Below, piece after piece: positions 58,598 through 64,000 of a stretch of DNA of 64,000 nucleotides. This DNA is from an uncultured Candidatus Saccharibacteria bacterium. GTDB lineage: Bacteria; Patescibacteriota; Minisyncoccia; Phycocordibacterales; UBA918. The stretch spans positions 87,138 through 151,137 of the forward strand of contig CAYGTV010000001.1 of assembly GCA_964353135.1 (NCBI GenBank). Reading direction: 5' to 3'. The translations under genes and the position numbers were made by a program. A model generated the notes under the pieces. It was given only the letters and a program-made list of their open reading frames with translations, did not search any database and had not been told where the DNA came from. The number at the start of each line of letters is the position of its first letter. Position 1 is the first letter of the stretch.

Positions 58598-58822
58598 ATG
58601 GAAACAGGAATTATCGCACGTCTAAACAACGGCTACGGGTTTATCACACGAGAAGGATCAGACAAAGATCTATTCTTCCACGTTAACGAACTTTCAGGAG
58701 TTGCGTTTGACGATCTACGAGAAGGGGACAAAGTTCAATTCGAAGTAGGAGAAGGTCCAAAAGGACCAAACGCTGTCAAGGTAACACTTGTAGCGGAAGG
58801 AGCTGCAGAAGAAGCTGCGTAA
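58598..58822 (+). CDS. Cold-shock domain protein
   Basis: GYGFI, DLFFH, L.EGDKVQF and GPKGPNA; terminator at 58838-58869. Confidence 0.95.
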   Translation: METGIIARLNNGYGFITREGSDKDLFFHVNELSGVAFDDLREGDKVQFEVGEGPKGPNAVKVTLVAEGAAEEAA

Positions 58823-58976
58823 TCGCATCTTGTAGATACAAAAAATACCCTCTTGCGGGTGTTTTTTGTTGTTCGTGAAAGAAACAAAGAAGTCGTGCGT
58901 CATAGAGGGCGGGAGGAATTGATGTTTGGAGGAACGTCTTGTCCTGAAATGTACAAAACAAAAATGGAAGAGAAGA

Positions 58977-59537
58977 ATGAAATATCGTCTAAAGGTAGTG
59001 CTATTCGTAGCTGCTGTTAATTTTGTAGCATCATGTGGAGCTTCAAATGTGACAGCAGACGACGAGTTACTTCCTGTGGTTGCAGAGGAATTGGTTGCAA
59101 TACCTTCTATGACAGCAGCACCAGTAAGCGCTACAAGCGTACCTGAGATGTTGTCTCACCCGCTTATGGTTTCAAATGAAAATCTCTCATCTGATCCAGG
59201 TGAGCAGGCTGTGCAAATTGCAACAATGCTCAGGGTTGTGTTTGAGCCACTGGAACCAAGCTTTCCAGGGGTTGTTGACAGAATTATTGATGTTGGAGAT
59301 TGTGAGTCTGGTTTGAACCAGCTTGAGCCAGATGGCAGGCTCAGGGTTAATCCCGATCCCAAATCCTCGGCTGGTGGAGCATTGCAAGTGCTGCTAAACA
59401 CACACAAACCTGACTATTTGCGGGTTGGATTAAATCCACGGGAAGCTCCAGACAATCTAATTTTCGGACGCTTCCTCGTTGAGCGCAAGCTACGCCAAGG
59501 TCGGCGTAACCCATTAGAAGACTGGGTATGTGCATAA
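58977..59537 (+). CDS. Lysozyme-like / lytic transglycosylase lipoprotein, paralog of 57035-57535
   Basis: Lipobox VASC; VGDCES...NP..KSSAGGALQ...DWVC. Confidence 0.72.
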   Translation: MKYRLKVVLFVAAVNFVASCGASNVTADDELLPVVAEELVAIPSMTAAPVSATSVPEMLSHPLMVSNENLSSDPGEQAVQIATMLRVVFEPLEPSFPGVVDRIIDVGDCESGLNQLEPDGRLRVNPDPKSSAGGALQVLLNTHKPDYLRVGLNPREAPDNLIFGRFLVERKLRQGRRNPLEDWVCA

Positions 59538-59548
59538 CCATGACAAAG

Positions 59549-59578
59549 AAAAAAGGCGACCTGCAGGCCGCCTTTTTT
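59549..59578. terminator. Bidirectional terminator
   Basis: AAAAAAGGCG...CGCCTTTTTT. Confidence 0.7.
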
Positions 59579-59579
59579 G

Positions 59580-60320
59580 CTACCCAATTTGTAATAGTGT
59601 TTCAAACTGCAGTTTCTGTAGAGCAGCGTATTCAGAACTTTCAACTATAAACCCAAAGGCTTCTGCGTGGGAACTGATCTGAGCGACTTTGCTACTGTAG
59701 ATGATTGTTGCCATTTCTGGTATTGGTTTTGATTTCAATATTTGTTGTTTGTCATCTGGTAGTTGTGAAAATAATGACGTACAGGTGGTGACTAATGCGT
59801 TGATCACTAGGTGTCTTTTTGCCCGTCGCTCGTCAAACCAGTTGAGGAAGGCTTGGTCAAACACCTGATTCATACTATCTGTCGACCAAATGATAGATAG
59901 GGTTTGGCTGTCGTGCCACATGATGTCTTTGAGTAGTTGTTTGACGCCTTCGCTACCCTCAAAAAACCTGATTTTGGGATCAGTGGTTTGAAGCGAATCA
60001 CCGAGAGAGGGAAGGGAGGTTTTGAGGAAATCACGGCTTTGTTCGAGACGATCGATCTGGTCGTTAAGCAGCGCCTCGAGGTGTTTGATCGCAGCGGCTG
60101 CAAAATGTGCTTTGCCGTCGATGTCTAGCTCATGAACAATCCCTAGTTGTCGCAGGGATTTTAGCTGGTCATACACCGATGGGCGAGTGATGCCGGTACG
60201 AGCTGCAAGCGTGCGAGCAGTTGCCTGACCCTCGGTTAAGAGCGATAGGTATACCGTCTGTTCATTTTCGCTGAGCTGCAGACGCCGTAGAGCCGATCTG
60301 ATTTTTTCTGTAGCGTTCAT
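59580..60320 (-). CDS. TrmB-family transcriptional regulator
   Basis: LSENEQTVYLSLL, TGITRPSVYDQL and PKIRFFEGSEG. Confidence 0.88.
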   Translation of the reverse strand: MNATEKIRSALRRLQLSENEQTVYLSLLTEGQATARTLAARTGITRPSVYDQLKSLRQLGIVHELDIDGKAHFAAAAIKHLEALLNDQIDRLEQSRDFLKTSLPSLGDSLQTTDPKIRFFEGSEGVKQLLKDIMWHDSQTLSIIWSTDSMNQVFDQAFLNWFDERRAKRHLVINALVTTCTSLFSQLPDDKQQILKSKPIPEMATIIYSSKVAQISSHAEAFGFIVESSEYAALQKLQFETLLQIG

Positions 60321-60429
60321 ACGTTTATTGTAGCTTTTTGTCGAAATTCGTCAACAGATATACAAAAAATGACATATTGCGTAATCTATCAGCAGAAGTT
60401 CATTGTCACCGTCATGAGAGGAAAATGAC

Positions 60430-61521
60430 ATGCAAATCGCACAAACAGTTCAAGCTATCGATACCGGCACCAATCCATTGTTCAAGCTGATCATGGATCG
60501 CAGTCTGCAGATCAATAAAATACTCGCACGGCGGACGATCAGCCAAACCCAGTTCACCTGGCACGGTCGCCGACCAAAACCTTCGGCCACAGCCAATGGT
60601 TTGATACGCAAAACAAACCTGGATCTACTGTCATGGTTGGTCGAGCTGTATAAACGCTCGGCACAAATCACACTTAACGACTATCAAAACCAGTTGCCAT
60701 GGAAAGCCATAGCTGGTGAGCAGCGTATCGGCAACCAAAAACCACACGGACAGATTGTTGATTTGATTTCAAACCAAAAACATCTTTCGTTTTCAGTTCG
60801 GATCAAAGACATGTCGATCCTCAAGTCTGGTGCTGGAGAACCGACCCTTGGAGCCGAACGTACTTATATGATCGCTGATCATGCCGGCAACTGGAGCCCG
60901 GGTTGGCATGGTTTTGATTGGGATAAAACTGAAGACGAATTATCATATCTCAATCGTCGGTCGCTGCTGGTTGATGGCAAGGTTCAGTTTGATGACTATC
61001 TGCATCAGAACCGTCGTCAAAGTATCTATGGTGCGCCATACCTGCTACTGAAACTGTTGTGGCAGCGCATCGAGGACGAAATTGCGTTCTATGAGGCTGA
61101 GCTCAATCGGCTGCAGCAGCTAGGTGTAGTTCCGTACGCGGAGCCCGCAAAACCAACGCATGCATGTTTGGCTGTCGGTGATTCACGCAGTGCCTTGGTT
61201 CCAGTATTTACCATGCAGGTTACTGGTTCAAAGTTTGTCGGTGAGTATGCCGCTGTGTCAGCTGATGCTGTTGGATATCAGGTAGCAAAGCTGTCACTTC
61301 GTTTTCTCAAACACACACTGCGCCCGATGGTTCAGTTTGTGGTTCGGGCCGACGAGGTGGCGTTCTACCGCTTTGGTTTGGAACAAGGGTTTGTTTCCTC
61401 TTGGATCAAGGGTGCACACTGGGTGTATGATACATCGATCCGAGCTCACGTCATGCAGTTGGGTGACAATCTGTCGATCTCGTATCAAAAAGGAGTCACA
61501 GAAATGCGTCTCGCCGCATAA
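60430..61521 (+). CDS. Hypothetical protein
   Basis: 363-aa ORF with SD, divergent from TrmB; terminator at 61536-61563. Confidence 0.7.
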   Translation: MQIAQTVQAIDTGTNPLFKLIMDRSLQINKILARRTISQTQFTWHGRRPKPSATANGLIRKTNLDLLSWLVELYKRSAQITLNDYQNQLPWKAIAGEQRIGNQKPHGQIVDLISNQKHLSFSVRIKDMSILKSGAGEPTLGAERTYMIADHAGNWSPGWHGFDWDKTEDELSYLNRRSLLVDGKVQFDDYLHQNRRQSIYGAPYLLLKLLWQRIEDEIAFYEAELNRLQQLGVVPYAEPAKPTHACLAVGDSRSALVPVFTMQVTGSKFVGEYAAVSADAVGYQVAKLSLRFLKHTLRPMVQFVVRADEVAFYRFGLEQGFVSSWIKGAHWVYDTSIRAHVMQLGDNLSISYQKGVTEMRLAA

Positions 61522-61561
61522 CATAACAAGCGTACAGCTGGCCGATCACTCGGCCAGCTTT

Positions 61562-62701
61562 TTATAGTAACGTTCTAAAATCTTTGATGATATGAAAAGT
61601 TAGGTAGTTTGCGTTATGGAATGAGTTTGCGCCACCAGAGCGATCGTCAGTGGCCGTTCTACTAACAAACAAGATATCTTTGTCTTTGATGACCCAGCTC
61701 ACGTATTGGAAACCGTTTTTAGTGTGGTCGGGGTGGTATAGAATTTCTTGCTCGATTTTCCAGGTAAGTAGGTCGGTGGAAGAAACCAATGATAGCTGAT
61801 TGCGTAAATTATCTGGCTCGACGTCTTTTGTATCGTTTGTTTCCTTGATGGTGTTTGTGAGCGCGATGTATTTTTTACTGACTGTATCAAGCCGAATCAT
61901 AAATTTCTTGCTGCCACCGGGGAATTGCACGAAAGCATGAGATTTGTTTGGAGTCAGCAGGTTTGACTGAGTGTTAATGTCACAGAATGCGAGGTGTTCT
62001 GTGTGGGTGTAGTCATTTTCGACCCGCAGCAAGTTTGCCAGTGTGTTTTGAGGGGTATGAACAACATTACCTTCCAACCAACCTCCAAACTTTCCCTCAA
62101 GCAAATCTGGGTTGTATAGCAACGTGTTTGAGATTCGCCAGTTAGCAGCGTCCAGTAAATTGTCATCAGTAGAAATTGAAAGAATCAGTGGGCTGTAGTA
62201 TTTGGGCCATTCTGTTTCGTTGGCGATTTTCTGCTCGAATGCTTTCCACAAAAACCCTTCGTGCTGAACAAACGGGGTTGGGGCGCAGTGAAATTCGCCA
62301 TCTGCCAATAAGCCGTTTTTACGATCGGTTGGTTCGGTCCAAGTTTTGCCAAAATCAGTTGATTTACGAATCACCAGATTTCCATGGTGTCGATCGGTAC
62401 CTAGTAGCCATAAACAGTCGTCATGCCAAAAGAGTTTTGACCAAAACGCTCCCTTGATTTTACTTACTAGTTTCCATGAGGTGCCGTTATCTTTACTGGC
62501 ATAGATATAGGTCTGTGGTGCATGGTGTTCGTCAGAGTTCGGCCCAAAAAAATCATGGCTGGTTAGCAGTAGACCTGCTTCAGTTATGGTGATGGATGGT
62601 GAACCGATATATAGCCCTGATGTAGCTGGTGAATGCGCGATCACTGTTCCAGGGGCATGCGGATGCTTTAGTTTTTGTGTTAATGAACGTACGAATTGCA
62701 T
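61562..62701 (-). CDS. Sialidase-like BNR-repeat beta-propeller protein
   Basis: Asp-boxes SKDNGTSW, STDFGKTW and STDLLTW; YIGSPSI. Confidence 0.8.
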   Translation of the reverse strand: MQFVRSLTQKLKHPHAPGTVIAHSPATSGLYIGSPSITITEAGLLLTSHDFFGPNSDEHHAPQTYIYASKDNGTSWKLVSKIKGAFWSKLFWHDDCLWLLGTDRHHGNLVIRKSTDFGKTWTEPTDRKNGLLADGEFHCAPTPFVQHEGFLWKAFEQKIANETEWPKYYSPLILSISTDDNLLDAANWRISNTLLYNPDLLEGKFGGWLEGNVVHTPQNTLANLLRVENDYTHTEHLAFCDINTQSNLLTPNKSHAFVQFPGGSKKFMIRLDTVSKKYIALTNTIKETNDTKDVEPDNLRNQLSLVSSTDLLTWKIEQEILYHPDHTKNGFQYVSWVIKDKDILFVSRTATDDRSGGANSFHNANYLTFHIIKDFRTLL

Positions 62702-62800
62702 GTAGCTCTAGTGTAACGCAGTGTGGGTGCTTTTTTTGAAATATCTTGTACTGAAATTTGTAGTATACTGTAGAGGAATTACAATAATCTTTCAAACGTT

Positions 62801-63106
62801 ATGCTTAGCTTATACTACACAGAATCTTGCCCATTTTGCCAACGAGTATTGCAGATGGCAGAAAACCTTGGGGTTGAGTTCGACCTCAAGGATATTGAAG
62901 ATGACGCTGCTTTAGCTGCTGAGTTGATCGAAAAAGGTGGTAAACGACAGGTTCCATACCTCGTAGATACAGACAAAGATGTCGCGATGTACGAATCAAA
63001 CGACATCATTGACTATATTCGAGAGAATTATGCCGGGGTAGCCACCGCAGTTGCAAAACCACGGATTCACATGAGTGACTCTACCTGCGTGTCTTGTGAG
63101 GGGTAG
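62801..63106 (+). CDS. Glutaredoxin/GST-N-terminal domain protein with C-terminal CxxC tail
   Basis: CPFC, GGKRQVPYL and MYESNDII; ends CVSCEG. Confidence 0.88.
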   Translation: MLSLYYTESCPFCQRVLQMAENLGVEFDLKDIEDDAALAAELIEKGGKRQVPYLVDTDKDVAMYESNDIIDYIRENYAGVATAVAKPRIHMSDSTCVSCEG

Positions 63107-63153
63107 GGTACAGAGTAGAAAAGCAGACGCTTATTTGGTAATCAAACAAACTG

Positions 63154-63510
63154 ATGAACATTAATTTCAACTACAACAACCACGCCGAAGCCCAAGTACT
63201 CACCACCATTACAGAGCACAAACTAGGATCACTCAAGAAATTTATTGCAGACGACCAGTCAGTAATTTGTGACGCTGAATTCGACAAGGTTGCCGCGAAC
63301 AATAATGGAGAAATCTTTCACTTTGCAGTCAATTTGCAGCTAGAGGGTGAACTATATCGAGCAGAAGCAACCGAAGAAAGTTTTGAAGCGGCAGTAGATG
63401 AGGTGCGCGACGAGCTCGATAAAAAGCTTCGCCGAAATAAAAGTAAAAAAGATACATTAGGGAAACGAGCAGGACGAGCGATGAAGCGACTTATTTCTCG
63501 CCAAGGCTAG
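63154..63510 (+). CDS. Ribosome hibernation factor (HPF/RaiA)
   Basis: KL..L.KF, YRAEA..ESFEAAVDEV.DELDKKLRR.K. Confidence 0.82.
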   Translation: MNINFNYNNHAEAQVLTTITEHKLGSLKKFIADDQSVICDAEFDKVAANNNGEIFHFAVNLQLEGELYRAEATEESFEAAVDEVRDELDKKLRRNKSKKDTLGKRAGRAMKRLISRQG

Positions 63511-64000
63511 CTAGCCAAACATCAAACGGCATCGCTTGTTTTCCTTCAGGAATAACTGTGATGAGGCGGAGTTTTCCCATGGAAAACTCCGCCTCTTTGA
63601 TTTTGATGCGTTTGCCCTCATGCATAAACCACGTGTCACCAATACCCATGAAAGCATTGATTTTGAGCCAGGCCAGCCGAGCTTGGTTACTAGTTGGTAG
63701 TTTTTTAGGGTTGATGATTAGCTCGCTGTCGGCTTTTGTTAAGCGTCCGCAGTAGGTCGCCATGGTGTCGTCTTGTTCTTGGGGTTCAATGTGCCCGGCG
63801 ATGTATTCTCGCAGCACATCAGCTAGCAAAGCTCCACCTGTTTGAGCTAGTGCGAGGTCGAGTTCTGGTCCAGGTACGGGCCAGTACTCATCACTGATTG
63901 GCACAGGAATCTGGTCAAGGATTGGTCCGGTGTCCATGGTAGCGTCCATTTTCATAATGGTGACCCCGATGGCTTCACGCAGGTCATCTTTGATGGCGGT
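63491..64000 (-). CDS. fmt: Methionyl-tRNA formyltransferase (5' end outside the window)
   Basis: GVTIMKMDATMDTGPIL, PQEQD...ATY and V.PEGK..M. Confidence 0.9.
   Translation of the reverse strand, partial: TAIKDDLREAIGVTIMKMDATMDTGPILDQIPVPISDEYWPVPGPELDLALAQTGGALLADVLREYIAGHIEPQEQDDTMATYCGRLTKADSELIINPKKLPTSNQARLAWLKINAFMGIGDTWFMHEGKRIKIKEAEFSMGKLRLITVIPEGKQAMPFDVWLASLGEK

Overview
A 64-kb chromosomal segment of a small-genome bacterium using genetic code 11. It is most likely Patescibacteria/CPR (Parcubacteria-like); this is inferred from the gene repertoire, the compact layout and the SD-less starts. Housekeeping content includes a UvrD-PD(D/E)XK helicase-nuclease, dsbA, uppP, hisS, prmC, an ABC-2 transporter, class I aldolase, rpmG (missed by the ORF track), a GT4/GH57/GH15 alpha-glucan cluster, a truB-like gene, ung, mutM, csp, a glutaredoxin, hpf and fmt. 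There is also a complete V/A-type ATPase operon with a Na+-type rotor, an ApbE/FMN-bind/RnfD-FNR flavinylation module and a 2115-aa surface protein. The most unusual part starts at tRNA-Asn (47440-47511): about 10 kb of unrelated cargo genes separated by a recurring tRNA-3'-end-like spacer (GTTCGAA-N5-TCCA-N6-RGAGC, then a hairpin, then a second TTCGAA core). It looks like an integrase-less, tRNA-anchored cassette array. One cassette carries a strongly pseudoknotted leader RNA ahead of a stand-alone primase zinc finger ending in an SSB-like DDDVPF tail. Core genes mostly look leaderless (TANNNT 6-8 nt before ATG), whereas orphan genes carry SD sites and usually their own terminators. All product calls come from motif recognition by eye, not database searches.
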